Source: Nitrospirota bacterium (GTDB lineage: Bacteria; Nitrospirota; UBA9217). Taken from it: 64,000 nucleotides of DNA. A program made the translations under genes and the position numbers. Below are positions 42,029 to 51,586 of this stretch, one piece after another. Where the stretch lies: NCBI GenBank assembly GCA_963749655.1, contig CAVVOB010000024.1, forward strand, positions 64,001 to 128,000, given 5' to 3'. Under the pieces are notes generated by a model. That model did no database searches and was not told the origin of the DNA. It saw only the letters and a list, made by a program, of their open reading frames with translations. The stretch's first letter is position 1, and every line of letters starts with the position of its first letter.

Positions 42029-43441
42029 CTACTTCGGAATGGGTACGCTTCCCATAAGATATTTCAGATCTTCGTCGTCAAACCGCAGCCCGAGTCCGGC
42101 AAAAGGAGTCGCCCGCTTCGAGTTCAGGATGTTGTCGTACCCGCCGTGCACATACAGAGTCTTCGTCACGTCGAAGCTGGCCGCCGCCTTCACGTGGGCA
42201 TTTTCGTTCCCCGGTTCCTTGCTGTTGTAGTTCCACGAATCGACGCTGAACTTGAGCCGGTCTCCGAGCGCATAATAGTCTGCGGCGACGCCGCCCGTTG
42301 ATTCGATCAGGCCGAGACGGACAGCAAGGTTCCCCCACCGCTTAGCGAATTCGATGCTGAATTTGAATTTATCGTCGTATTGCTCCGTCGTGACCATGCC
42401 GCCGGGCGGCGATGTCGTCGTTTCCGTCCTCGTATATTTCCCGAAGGGATCGGACGTTAGTTCGAGTATGTAATACGTATCCGGCCGCGGTTTCAGTTCC
42501 AGGGTCGCATAGCTCTGAGAGTTGGGGAACATGTACTGGGTGCGGAACCCGACGATTGTCTTCAAGCGCTCGATCCTGCCGACGTAATCGGAGAGCCCCT
42601 TGGCGGCATTATCGACGCTGTTGTACATGCTGTCGTTATTCACCAGTTTCCCGATCGTTCCTTCTCCATTGTCGATTTTCCTGGCGGCGTTTTCAATGGA
42701 GGCAAGGGCCAGTTCGGCGCTCTTTGAAGCTTCCCTGACATTTTCCATCGTCACCTTCAGGTTGTCACGGTTGTCGTCGACAACGCCGTTGAGGTTTACG
42801 GCAAGTTCATTGAGGCGTACGACCAGTTCGCTTCCGTCGACCTGCAGCGTGCGGGAAAAATCCTTGATGTTCGCCATGGTCTGGCGAAGATCGTTCAGGA
42901 TGTCCTCCATGGAGCGGGCACCCTGTTCGGTGCCCAGGACCTGCCTGAGCGAACCGGTAACCTGCTTGATGTCATCCGAGATTGCGGAAAGCTGATTGAT
43001 GAGCTTGTCCACATCACTGGGCGATACCGTGGCCTGGACCCGTTCGCCGTTTTTATAGAGATCAGGACCGCCCGGCACCTGCACCCGCGCCCCCTGTATT
43101 TTAACCGGTACGAATTCAATGTATTTTTCGCCGAGAAGTCCCATGGTCTTGACCATCGCTTCGGAACTGTGCTGGATGCGCACCCCGGGATCGATGCGCA
43201 TGGTGACCAGGGCATGGCTGTCATCGAGCCCCACCTTCTCCACCACACCGATCTTCACGCCAGCCATGCGCACTGACGATTTGACGTCGAGGCCGGCTAC
43301 TGAATCAAAGACCGCCTCCAGCACATACCCTTTTTTCTCGCCGAACTGAAACTTGCCGACGGCAAAGGTCATGTACAGAAGGAGGACCGATCCCCCGATC
43401 ACGAGCAGGCCAACCTTGGCTTCAGGGCTCAGTTTCATCAT
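42029..43441 (-). CDS. mlaD: MCE/MlaD family protein with long helical region and beta-rich C-terminus
   Basis: N-terminal TM, FDSVAGL...VRMAGVKIGVV, MGLLGEKYI, GEGTIGKL. Confidence 0.9.
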   Translation of the reverse strand: MMKLSPEAKVGLLVIGGSVLLLYMTFAVGKFQFGEKKGYVLEAVFDSVAGLDVKSSVRMAGVKIGVVEKVGLDDSHALVTMRIDPGVRIQHSSEAMVKTMGLLGEKYIEFVPVKIQGARVQVPGGPDLYKNGERVQATVSPSDVDKLINQLSAISDDIKQVTGSLRQVLGTEQGARSMEDILNDLRQTMANIKDFSRTLQVDGSELVVRLNELAVNLNGVVDDNRDNLKVTMENVREASKSAELALASIENAARKIDNGEGTIGKLVNNDSMYNSVDNAAKGLSDYVGRIERLKTIVGFRTQYMFPNSQSYATLELKPRPDTYYILELTSDPFGKYTRTETTTSPPGGMVTTEQYDDKFKFSIEFAKRWGNLAVRLGLIESTGGVAADYYALGDRLKFSVDSWNYNSKEPGNENAHVKAAASFDVTKTLYVHGGYDNILNSKRATPFAGLGLRFDDEDLKYLMGSVPIPK

Positions 43442-43479
43442 GGAAACTCCGTTCTCACTGCAAATGTCGGATTCCAAAC

Positions 43480-43533
43480 TGCGGATTCGAGGCAAAGAGC
43501 CTGAATTTCAATCCGCAATCCGCATTCCGCAAT
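43480..43533. repeat. Heptamer-arm inverted repeat
   Basis: TGCGGATT ... AATCCGC-AATCCGC-ATTCCGC; the same heptamer as in thiL. Confidence 0.75.
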
Positions 43534-43540
43534 TCAAGCT

Positions 43541-44293
43541 TCATTCGGCCGTAATCGGCCCTACGGCACTGCCGGAGATAAACTGACGCACGATCGGATT
43601 CGATGTATTTTTTATCTGCTCGGGCGTACCGGTCTCAAGGATCTCGCCCTTGTAAAGCATCGCGATACGGTCCGATATCTTGTATGCGCTGTGCATATCG
43701 TGGGTAATCGTCACAGACGTCACCCCAAGTTTTTTCCGGAGATCAATGATCAGATCGTTGATCGCATCCGCTGCGATGGGATCCAGGCCCGTTGTCGGCT
43801 CGTCATAGAGGATGATGGCCGCATCCATGGCAATGGCCCGTGCAAGCCCTACCCTCTTCTTCATGCCGCCCGACAGTTCCACCGGCATTTTATCCTCGAT
43901 GTCCTTAAGCCCGACGAGTGCCAGCTTTTCGGTCGAGATCTTCCTGATCTCCTTGTCGGACAGCTTCGTATGCTGCTTGAGCGAGAACCCGACGTTCTCC
44001 CAGACCGTCAGCGAGTCAAAGAGCGCGGCCATCTGAAACAGCATGCCGAATTTTTTTCTGAGTTCGTTCAAACCAAACTCGTCAAGCTTGTTCAGCTCCT
44101 GTCCGTCGACGATGACCCTCCCCCGATCCGGGAACAGCAGGCCGATGATGTGCTTGATAAGCACGCTCTTGCCGCTGCCGCTGCCGCCGATCACGGTCAT
44201 GCTTTCGCCCTTCTCAACGGACAGGTTCACGCCGCGAAGCACCTGAAGACTGCCAAAATGCTTGTACAGGTCGACGACCTCGATCATGGCCAT
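43541..44293 (-). CDS. mlaF: ABC ATPase of the Mla/Mce system
   Basis: GGSGSGKS, LFDSLTV, LSGGMKKRVGLARA, YDEPTTGLDP. Confidence 0.94.
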   Translation of the reverse strand: MAMIEVVDLYKHFGSLQVLRGVNLSVEKGESMTVIGGSGSGKSVLIKHIIGLLFPDRGRVIVDGQELNKLDEFGLNELRKKFGMLFQMAALFDSLTVWENVGFSLKQHTKLSDKEIRKISTEKLALVGLKDIEDKMPVELSGGMKKRVGLARAIAMDAAIILYDEPTTGLDPIAADAINDLIIDLRKKLGVTSVTITHDMHSAYKISDRIAMLYKGEILETGTPEQIKNTSNPIVRQFISGSAVGPITAE

Positions 44294-44297
44294 GGCA

Positions 44298-45098
44298 TCA
44301 CCATAACAGCGCCGACAGGAAATAGTCGAGGATGAGAATGAGCATGCAGGACACGACGACGGCGCCCGTGGTCGCCTTGCCGACGCCTTCCGCGCCGCCC
44401 TCGGTATTGAATCCCTTGTAGCAGCCGATCAGACCGACCACGGCGCCGAAAACGAGGGACTTGATCAGTCCGTACCAGATATCCGTGACTTCCGTGAAAT
44501 TGATGCTGTTGTTGATGTAGGTGACGGGATTCGTATTGAGCACTTTGACGCCGACAAAGTATCCGCCGGAGATGCCGATCATCATGCCGAGAACCGTGAG
44601 AAAGAACATCATTATGGTGCTCGCCAGGAACCGCGGGACCACAAGATACTTCATGGGATTCGTGGCCAGCGTCGAAAGGGCGTCGATCTGCTCGGTCACG
44701 CGCATCGTACCGAGTTCAGCAGCCATGGCCGCACCCGCCCTGCCGGCCACCATGAGACCGGTAAGCACCGGGCCGAGTTCCCGCGTCATGGACAGGGACA
44801 CGACGGTGCCGATGAGGGTTTCGGCGCCGAACCGTTTGAAGCCCGTATAGCTTTGGAGTGCCAGCACCATTCCCGTGGACAGCGCCGTGGTGAGCACCAC
44901 AGGAACGGAATTCACGCCGATCTGCTCCATCTGCTTCAGCAGGCTTTTGATGTAGAACGGCCGGCTGAAGGACCAGCGAATCGTCTGGCTGAAAAAGATA
45001 AGGACTCTGCCGACCTCAGCGGTAAAAGCCGAGGTCCTGCGTCCGACTGCTTCGAGCGAGTTGTTAATAAATCCTCGGGACCCGGCTGCTGATTCCAC
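44298..45098 (-). CDS. mlaE: ABC permease of the Mla/Mce system
   Basis: RELGPVLTGLMVAGRAGAAMAAELGTMRVTEQIDAL, GGAEGVG. Confidence 0.95.
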   Translation of the reverse strand: MESAAGSRGFINNSLEAVGRRTSAFTAEVGRVLIFFSQTIRWSFSRPFYIKSLLKQMEQIGVNSVPVVLTTALSTGMVLALQSYTGFKRFGAETLIGTVVSLSMTRELGPVLTGLMVAGRAGAAMAAELGTMRVTEQIDALSTLATNPMKYLVVPRFLASTIMMFFLTVLGMMIGISGGYFVGVKVLNTNPVTYINNSINFTEVTDIWYGLIKSLVFGAVVGLIGCYKGFNTEGGAEGVGKATTGAVVVSCMLILILDYFLSALLW

Positions 45099-46236
45099 AG
45101 AGCACCTCGTATGCTATAGTTCCCGTCTGCAGGGCAATGTCGTCGGCGCTGATCCTGTCGTTGCCTTGGGCGCCCATGAGGACGACCTCTTCCCCCTCGG
45201 CAACGCCGGGGACGTCCGTCACGTCGATCATGCACATATCCATGCACACCCGGCCGACCACCGGCGCCCGCTTGCCGCGGACCAGCACGATGCCCTTGTT
45301 GGAAAGACCACGGCTGTACCCATCGGCATAGCCGATAGGGATCGTCGCTATCAGGCTATCCCGCTTTGTCTCAAATGTCCGCCCATAGCTGATAAATGTA
45401 CCGGCCGGGACTTTCTTCATAAATGCGATGCATGTCGCGAGCGTCATCACGGGAACGAGATCGGCCCGGGGTGCCCCCCCTTCGAGCGGATTATAGCCGT
45501 ACAGCATGAGACCGGGCCGCACCATGGTAAAAAGAGCGCGATGATAATCGAGGACTGCAGCGCTGTTTGCCGCGTGACGAAGCGGGACGGCCATATGGCG
45601 CGCATCAAGAGCTGCGGTTATTCCGCTGAAAAAATCCATCTGCCGGGACGCATATTCCTTGTTGCGAAGATCGGCGTCGGCAAAATGAGTCATCAGACCC
45701 TGAACAACAATATTGTCCAGTGACTGCACGTCCTCGATAAAGCCCAAAGCGGCCTCGGGCGCAATGCCCACCCGCCCCATCCCCGTATCGATCTTCACAT
45801 GCAGGGCGACTGTTTTGCCCTGCTTTTTCGCGGCCCGGGAAAGAGCGCGGGCCATGGTCATCGAATAGACAACAGGAGTCAACTGCGCTGCGGCTACGGC
45901 CTCCGCCTGCTCCGGAAACAAGGCGCTCATCACGAGGATCGGCGTCCGGATGCCGGAATCGCGAAGCTCCCGCCCTTCTTCCACTAAGGCAACGCCAAGC
46001 ATGTCCACACCGAGATCAACGAGATGCCGGGCGATCGGAAGAGCCCCATGCCCATAGGCCTGCGCCTTGACAACGGCCAGAATCGACCGGCCTTCCGCGC
46101 AGCGGACTACTTCTTGATAATTATGCTTGAGAGCATCGAGGTCGATGATCGCTGCCGTCGGCCGGCCGGTTCCAGGAAGCGGACGGGACGGTTTGGCCGA
46201 CCCCTCAACTCCCCGTTCAGTGGATGGTGCTCTCAT
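45064..46236 (-). CDS. alr: Alanine racemase
   Basis: AVVKAQAYGHG, KIDTGMGRVG, HAANSA, VRPGLMLYG, IGYADG, GRVCMD; exact start uncertain. Confidence 0.96.
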   Translation of the reverse strand: MRAPSTERGVEGSAKPSRPLPGTGRPTAAIIDLDALKHNYQEVVRCAEGRSILAVVKAQAYGHGALPIARHLVDLGVDMLGVALVEEGRELRDSGIRTPILVMSALFPEQAEAVAAAQLTPVVYSMTMARALSRAAKKQGKTVALHVKIDTGMGRVGIAPEAALGFIEDVQSLDNIVVQGLMTHFADADLRNKEYASRQMDFFSGITAALDARHMAVPLRHAANSAAVLDYHRALFTMVRPGLMLYGYNPLEGGAPRADLVPVMTLATCIAFMKKVPAGTFISYGRTFETKRDSLIATIPIGYADGYSRGLSNKGIVLVRGKRAPVVGRVCMDMCMIDVTDVPGVAEGEEVVLMGAQGNDRISADDIALQTGTIAYEVLCGISSRVPRIY

Positions 46237-46411
46237 TGATTTCCTCAAAAGCGTTCGATGCGGGTAGAATTTCTATTTTGTCGAACGATTGCGCACAGTC
46301 AAGACATTCCCAGTGATGAATGGTCCAAAACTCGAAATCCATTTCGAGGCTGTAGTCATCTTCTTGAAACAGATTTGTCCCTCCGCAAAAGGGGCACATG
46401 ATCGGCTCCAT
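46217..46411 (-). CDS. Small acidic zinc-ribbon protein (64 aa)
   Basis: CPFC...WECLDC; GGAGGA RBS 6 nt before the ATG; overlaps the alr start region. Confidence 0.7.
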   Translation of the reverse strand: MEPIMCPFCGGTNLFQEDDYSLEMDFEFWTIHHWECLDCAQSFDKIEILPASNAFEEINESTIH

Positions 46412-46901
46412 AGCCTGTCCTCCGGTCTTCACTTTTCCTGACTCATCGCCTGCGGAAAAATGAAAATCCCGCCCGGTCGCCCTTGAACGAAGCTTCGTAT
46501 GAACAGCAGGCTGCTGCCGCTGTCATGAACGAACGGGCATTTCCTGATGCAATTGCATAAAATCCATCGTAATTTCATATGGTTCAGCAGATACTCTATC
46601 ACAGAGAATGCATTTTTGCAAAATATATTTTCCTGTCGCTGATACGCATGTTTTGTACGACTCAGGGGAGAATCAGGACCCCTTACAACCTCGGTTATGT
46701 CAGAAACGAAGTCAGAAGGAGCTTCAGGCGCAGGCAACAGGTTGATTCATCCTCCCCGGTAATGAGGGGAAATCTCACGCCGATCCTGCATTCCATGGCG
46801 GGAAAATAAACACGTAGCCGGGTCGTCACGGGACCCCTGTTTTTGGGCTTCTCCGATGACCAGCCGGCTGGTCGAGATTGACCGGATGCAATCTGGAGCA
46901 A

Positions 46902-48656
46902 CTACAGCTCAGCCGCCAGATCAGGAAACCGTTCTTCCATGAACGTCTCGGCTGTTTTTCGCGCTTGATGGGCGGTGGGTTGCTGCATTACCAGTGTCGC
47001 TAGTTCGACGGCGTCCTGCATCCGGACCGAGCGGACAACCTTTTTAACCCAGGGAATCGACGCAACATTCATACTGAGATGCTGGAAACCCATCCCGATC
47101 AGGATCGCGGCATAGAGCGGATCTCCCGCCATCTCGCCGCACATCGCAAGGGGAAATTTGGCCTCCCGCGCAGCAACGGCAACCCGCTGGAGCAGACGCA
47201 GCACCGCCGGATCAAGCGGTTCGTACATATAGGCCACATGCTCGTTCTGGCGGTCGATGGCAAGCGTGTATTGAATGAGGTCGTTCGTGCCGACGCTGAA
47301 AAAATCCACCTCTTTGGCAAGAAGATCGGCGATCATGGCGGCAGAGGGGATTTCGATCATCACGCCGAGCTTGACCTTCTCGTTGAAGGCCCTGCCCTCG
47401 GACCGGAGCTCATTCTTGGCCTCGTTGATCATCTTCTTCGTCTCCATGAGCTCGTTCAGACCGGAGATCATGGGTATGAGCAGCTTGATGTCGCCGTGGG
47501 CCGAAGCCCGCAGAATGCCCCGCAACTGCGTCTTGAAAAGGTCCCGCTTCTGCAGGCAGAACCTGATAGCCCGCAGTCCAAGCGCCGGGTTCGCCTCCTT
47601 TTCATAGACGCCGGGCAGTCCGATCTTGTCGCCTCCGACATCAAGCGTACGGATCACCACCTCATGCGGGGCGGCCCGTTCCGCTACGGTCCGGTAGGCA
47701 TGGTAGTGTTCTTCTTCCGTGGGAAGGGTCTGTCTGTTCAGGAAGATAAACTCAGTACGGTAGAGGCCGATGCCGGTCCCGCCGTGCTCGGCAGGCGACG
47801 TCGCCTCTTCAGGCAATTCGATGTTCCCCTGCAGGTGGACGATATGGCCGTCGAGGGTCTCGGCCGGAAGCGTCTTGAGCTTGTCCAGCTCCTGTTCGAA
47901 ATACTTATACTTGCGCTGTTTCTTCAGGTAGTCGAGGAACGTCTCTTCATCGGGATCGACGATCACCACGCCGTGAATGCCGTCCAGGATCACGACGTCG
48001 CCCGTCTTGACCGCCGACGTAATGCTCTCGAGACCGACTGCGGCAGGAATGCCGAGCGAGCGGGCCAGGATGGCTGTATGCGATGTCCGGCTTCCGGCGT
48101 CGGTGGCAAACCCCAGGATCTTGTCCTTGCGCATCATGAGGGTGTCGGTCGGCGCGAGATCGTGGGCGATGATCACGGCTTCCTCGCGGATATCGGCAAG
48201 ACTCTCCTGTTTATGGCCGACCAGGTTCCGGAGGACCCGCTCGCCCACCTGCTCCACATCGTGTTTCCGCTCGCGGAGATATTCGTCCTCGATCGTATCG
48301 AACTTGAGACCAATGGCCGCAATCGTCTCCTTGAGCGCCCCTTCGGCGTTCAGAAGCGATTCCTTGATGCGCTTCACCGTGCCTTCGACGAGCATCTTGT
48401 CTTCCAGCAGCATGATGTGGGTCTCGAGAATATACTGATGAGAGCGCCCCAGACCCTTGCTGAAACGCTTCTTCAGGTCATCGAGCTGCGTCTTGGAAAG
48501 TTCGACGGCCTTCTTGAACCGGGCAACCTCGTCCTTGACGCTGACACCCTCGATCCGTCGGCCCGCGACGACGACCTTTCGGCGGTCAAGAAGATATGCG
48601 CGGCCGATCACGATGCCCGGTGAAGCCACGATGCCTCTGTACGTTTTTTCGTGCAT
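46902..48656 (-). CDS. ptsI: Phosphoenolpyruvate-protein phosphotransferase (Enzyme I), no GAF domain
   Basis: RTSHTAILARS, GIGLYRTEF, NPALGLRAIR, GTNDLIQY, CGEMAG. Confidence 0.96.
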   Translation of the reverse strand: MHEKTYRGIVASPGIVIGRAYLLDRRKVVVAGRRIEGVSVKDEVARFKKAVELSKTQLDDLKKRFSKGLGRSHQYILETHIMLLEDKMLVEGTVKRIKESLLNAEGALKETIAAIGLKFDTIEDEYLRERKHDVEQVGERVLRNLVGHKQESLADIREEAVIIAHDLAPTDTLMMRKDKILGFATDAGSRTSHTAILARSLGIPAAVGLESITSAVKTGDVVILDGIHGVVIVDPDEETFLDYLKKQRKYKYFEQELDKLKTLPAETLDGHIVHLQGNIELPEEATSPAEHGGTGIGLYRTEFIFLNRQTLPTEEEHYHAYRTVAERAAPHEVVIRTLDVGGDKIGLPGVYEKEANPALGLRAIRFCLQKRDLFKTQLRGILRASAHGDIKLLIPMISGLNELMETKKMINEAKNELRSEGRAFNEKVKLGVMIEIPSAAMIADLLAKEVDFFSVGTNDLIQYTLAIDRQNEHVAYMYEPLDPAVLRLLQRVAVAAREAKFPLAMCGEMAGDPLYAAILIGMGFQHLSMNVASIPWVKKVVRSVRMQDAVELATLVMQQPTAHQARKTAETFMEERFPDLAAEL

Positions 48657-48734
48657 TCTGCTGTTTCCGTTCCCTCTGGTTGGTGTCTAAAGTGGCGCGG
48701 GCTCCGTGCTGAAGCGCGCGAACACCTGTTCCGC

Positions 48735-49004
48735 TCATTCTTTCTCGCCGAACTTTTCCCGAAAAAGCCTTGCCAGGCTTTCTGCCGCCTCGGTCTCATC
48801 ATCACCCTGTACCACGACCAGGATGGTGCTTCCTTTAGCGGCAGCCATCATCATGATCCCCATAATGCTTTTGCCGTCCACTTCCAGGCCGTCCTTGATC
48901 ATGGTTATCTTGGACGAGTATATGCTTGCCGTCTTCACGATCTGCGCGGCAGCCCTGGCATGGAGACCCAGCTTGTTTTCCACCAACAGCTCTCGTTGCA
49001 CCAT
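48735..49004 (-). CDS. ptsH: Phosphocarrier protein HPr
   Basis: NKLGLHARAA (phospho-His) and DGKSIMG (regulatory Ser); TGATG coupling to IID. Confidence 0.95.
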   Translation of the reverse strand: MVQRELLVENKLGLHARAAAQIVKTASIYSSKITMIKDGLEVDGKSIMGIMMMAAAKGSTILVVVQGDDETEAAESLARLFREKFGEKE

Positions 49005-49783
49005 CAAACCACCCCTGCATATGCAAGGCCGATGCAGGCTGCAGCCAGACCCAGCATGAATTTTACGGGTGAACCGCCTCTCCGCATGGCTTCTACAAGA
49101 ATGAGCGTAACCGCCAGCGCCGCAACCGTCATGAACAAGCGCGGGGCATGAGGCACCGGCCTGAACTCGGCGCGCCACAGGGAAATCAGTCCCAGGAGAC
49201 CGCCGAGCATGCCGAGCGAAAGCATCTTGAACCGTCTTGTGATTGCAGTGAACCGGTATCGGGACATCAAAGCAACCGCGTCACCGCGGCTGCGGAACCC
49301 CCAGAGCAACATTCCCCACCGGAATCCGAGATGCCAAACGTTATATAATACGAGAAACAGAATCGGCGCCCACCACGATCCGAGGAGGTACACCGCTACT
49401 GCTGCAACCGCCGCAAAGGGCCTGAGCGCCCCCCAGAAAAAACTGTCGCCCAGCGCTCCCAGGGGGGCCATCAACGACGTTTTCAGCGAGGCAGGGTCGG
49501 CAGCCGGGTTCCGGCCCGTTGCGCGCTCCTGTTCAAGCCCCACTGCTGCTCCGAGGAGGAATGATGCAAAAGAGGGCTGGGTGTTGAAATAGTCCAGGTG
49601 CACCCTCAGCCTCGTCTCATATTCGGCCTCGTCAGGATAAAGCTTCCTCAGCGCCGGTTCCATTGCGTAGCCGAAGCCCAGACTCTGCATCCGGTCGTAA
49701 CTCCACGACGCCTGAATAAGCAGCGCCCTGCCGAACACGGATAAAAGTTCGGGGTAGCCGATGGTATTACGATCTCCGCTCAA
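49004..49783 (-). CDS. PTS mannose/fructose/sorbose family IID
   Basis: QASWSYDRMQSLGF, YFNTQP, MAPLGALGDSFFW. Confidence 0.92.
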   Translation of the reverse strand: MSGDRNTIGYPELLSVFGRALLIQASWSYDRMQSLGFGYAMEPALRKLYPDEAEYETRLRVHLDYFNTQPSFASFLLGAAVGLEQERATGRNPAADPASLKTSLMAPLGALGDSFFWGALRPFAAVAAVAVYLLGSWWAPILFLVLYNVWHLGFRWGMLLWGFRSRGDAVALMSRYRFTAITRRFKMLSLGMLGGLLGLISLWRAEFRPVPHAPRLFMTVAALAVTLILVEAMRRGGSPVKFMLGLAAACIGLAYAGVV

Positions 49784-50552
49784 GGAATTCCGCCCCCACC
49801 CAGCCCGCCGCCGCCGATAGTATCAGGATGACCGGCGCAGGCACATGCTCTACTTCTCCGAAAATCGCAGCAAACACACATCCAACGAGAAAAAAACGGT
49901 CAAATGTCCGCATCGACAACTTACGAAGCACAAGCGCCACCCCCAGGAGGGGAAGCAGCCTGACGAACAGAGATGCCGCCCGGTGAAGGGCCGAAGGCAT
50001 CTGTGCGAACAGACCGACCGCTGCGATGCTCGGCGGCACCAGCAGACAATACAGAACGAAAGACTTCAGGAAAAAAAACAACAGGCCTTTTCCCTGAGCC
50101 CGGGAAAGCGCCCGCCCCATATTCTGCCCCGACGATGCAAGCACGCTGTCGCCCAACCGGGAGTTCAAGGTCCTGACCAGGCTGTCGGCTTTCATGGTTA
50201 TGGGGACCATGATGGTCGTCAGCAGAATGCTGAACCCGAAGTCTGCCGGGGAAGCTCCGCCGGGATGGCCCAGGGCCGCCGCAGCCGTTGCCGACACCGT
50301 GCAAATCGTCGTGTTTGCCGGGACGAAGGTGCCTACCGGAAGATCGAGCACCCACAGGAGCTCCAGGATCGCACCGATCGCGAGCCCCGCAGCCGGGTCG
50401 CCAAGCATCCATCCGGTAATCGGTCCGGCCACGATCGGTTGAGAGACCATGAACTGCCCTGCTGCCGTCCGGTCCAGCCCGAGGATCGATCCCACCAGCG
50501 CGATGCCGAGCACCGCAAGAGCCATATGAATATCTGCTGTCGGCATCATCAA
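49767..50552 (-). CDS. PTS mannose/fructose/sorbose family IIC
   Basis: SQPIVAGPITGWMLGDPAAGLAIGAILEL...PVG..VP. Confidence 0.85.
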   Translation of the reverse strand: MMMPTADIHMALAVLGIALVGSILGLDRTAAGQFMVSQPIVAGPITGWMLGDPAAGLAIGAILELLWVLDLPVGTFVPANTTICTVSATAAAALGHPGGASPADFGFSILLTTIMVPITMKADSLVRTLNSRLGDSVLASSGQNMGRALSRAQGKGLLFFFLKSFVLYCLLVPPSIAAVGLFAQMPSALHRAASLFVRLLPLLGVALVLRKLSMRTFDRFFLVGCVFAAIFGEVEHVPAPVILILSAAAGWVGAEFLERRS

Positions 50553-50601
50553 CCGCTGCCGCCTGAGCCGTTTCCGCTGCCCCGGTCCGATTCACACGGG
50601 C

Positions 50602-51105
50602 TCATTCCTTTGGTTTCTCGGACCGCGAACAGACGTGAAGGATTTTTTCAAGCGGTATCGCCCGCTGGTTCGGCACCGTCTGGACATCGATTTTGACGCC
50701 CTTGTCGCTGATTTCCCTGAATGCCTCCAGATCGGATTCATTCACGGCGAGGACGTCCATGAGTTTGCGCTTGCCGGGGACATAGTGCATTCCGCCGATG
50801 TTTAACACGCTGCACTGCATTCCTTCATGGATCGCCCGTACAACATCGACGGGCCGGGAAAAAAGAAGAATTGCCCGTTCAGCGTCTGACGCAACGGAAC
50901 GCAGGCTTCCGCATATCTCGTCTACACGGCCGATCAGCACCTTCAGCCCCTGGGGAACTGACATTTCCATGATGGAGCGCTGAACCGCATCGGACGCGAC
51001 GGTGTCGTCGGCCACCATAATGCAGGTTGCCTTCAGGTAATTCACCCATCCTTCGACGACCTGACCGTGGATCAGACGGTCATCTATCCTGGTAAACACG
51101 ATCAT
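50602..51105 (-). CDS. PTS mannose family IIB
   Basis: RIDDRLIHGQVV, LNIGGMH. Confidence 0.94.
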   Translation of the reverse strand: MIVFTRIDDRLIHGQVVEGWVNYLKATCIMVADDTVASDAVQRSIMEMSVPQGLKVLIGRVDEICGSLRSVASDAERAILLFSRPVDVVRAIHEGMQCSVLNIGGMHYVPGKRKLMDVLAVNESDLEAFREISDKGVKIDVQTVPNQRAIPLEKILHVCSRSEKPKE

Positions 51106-51111
51106 GCCGGC

Positions 51112-51513
51112 CTACTTCTTCCCCTTCAGCATCTGGCTTGCGATCACGATGCTCTTCTGCGCCGCTTCCTGCACGAGCCTGGCGAGGTCGGGCAGCGTCT
51201 TTTCATCGCGATGGTTCGCGAATTTGATCAACATCGACAGGTTGACGCCCGTGACCACTTCGATGGTCTCTCCGAGAAAGGCAAGGGCGATATTGGACGG
51301 GGTCCCCCCGAACATATCGGTGAAAAGCATGATGCCTTTTTTCCGGTCGACCTTCTTGATGGCGGACTGGATTTCGTCTCTGAGTGTTTCCGGAGCGCTT
51401 TCCTGTTTGACACTGACCGTCGCCACTGCCTCGATCTTGCCGACGATCATCTCGGCTGCCTTTACCAACTCGGCGCCCATATCCTCATGACATACCACCA
51501 CTAGTCCGATCAT
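51112..51513 (-). CDS. PTS mannose family IIA
   Basis: VVVCHE, TDMFGGTPSN, TGVNLSML. Confidence 0.94.
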   Translation of the reverse strand: MIGLVVVCHEDMGAELVKAAEMIVGKIEAVATVSVKQESAPETLRDEIQSAIKKVDRKKGIMLFTDMFGGTPSNIALAFLGETIEVVTGVNLSMLIKFANHRDEKTLPDLARLVQEAAQKSIVIASQMLKGKK

Positions 51514-51586
51514 GCTGCAGTCTCCTTTTTCCTTCTCCCTTGCCGAGTGCGAACCGGAAGCGGCATGTTCACGATCGGCAACGAGG

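Noticed and set aside
47079-48623. 514-aa plus-strand ORF (and similar ones at 14038..15540, 56160..57311 and 10753..11838)
   Set aside because: Antisense shadows of well-supported genes.
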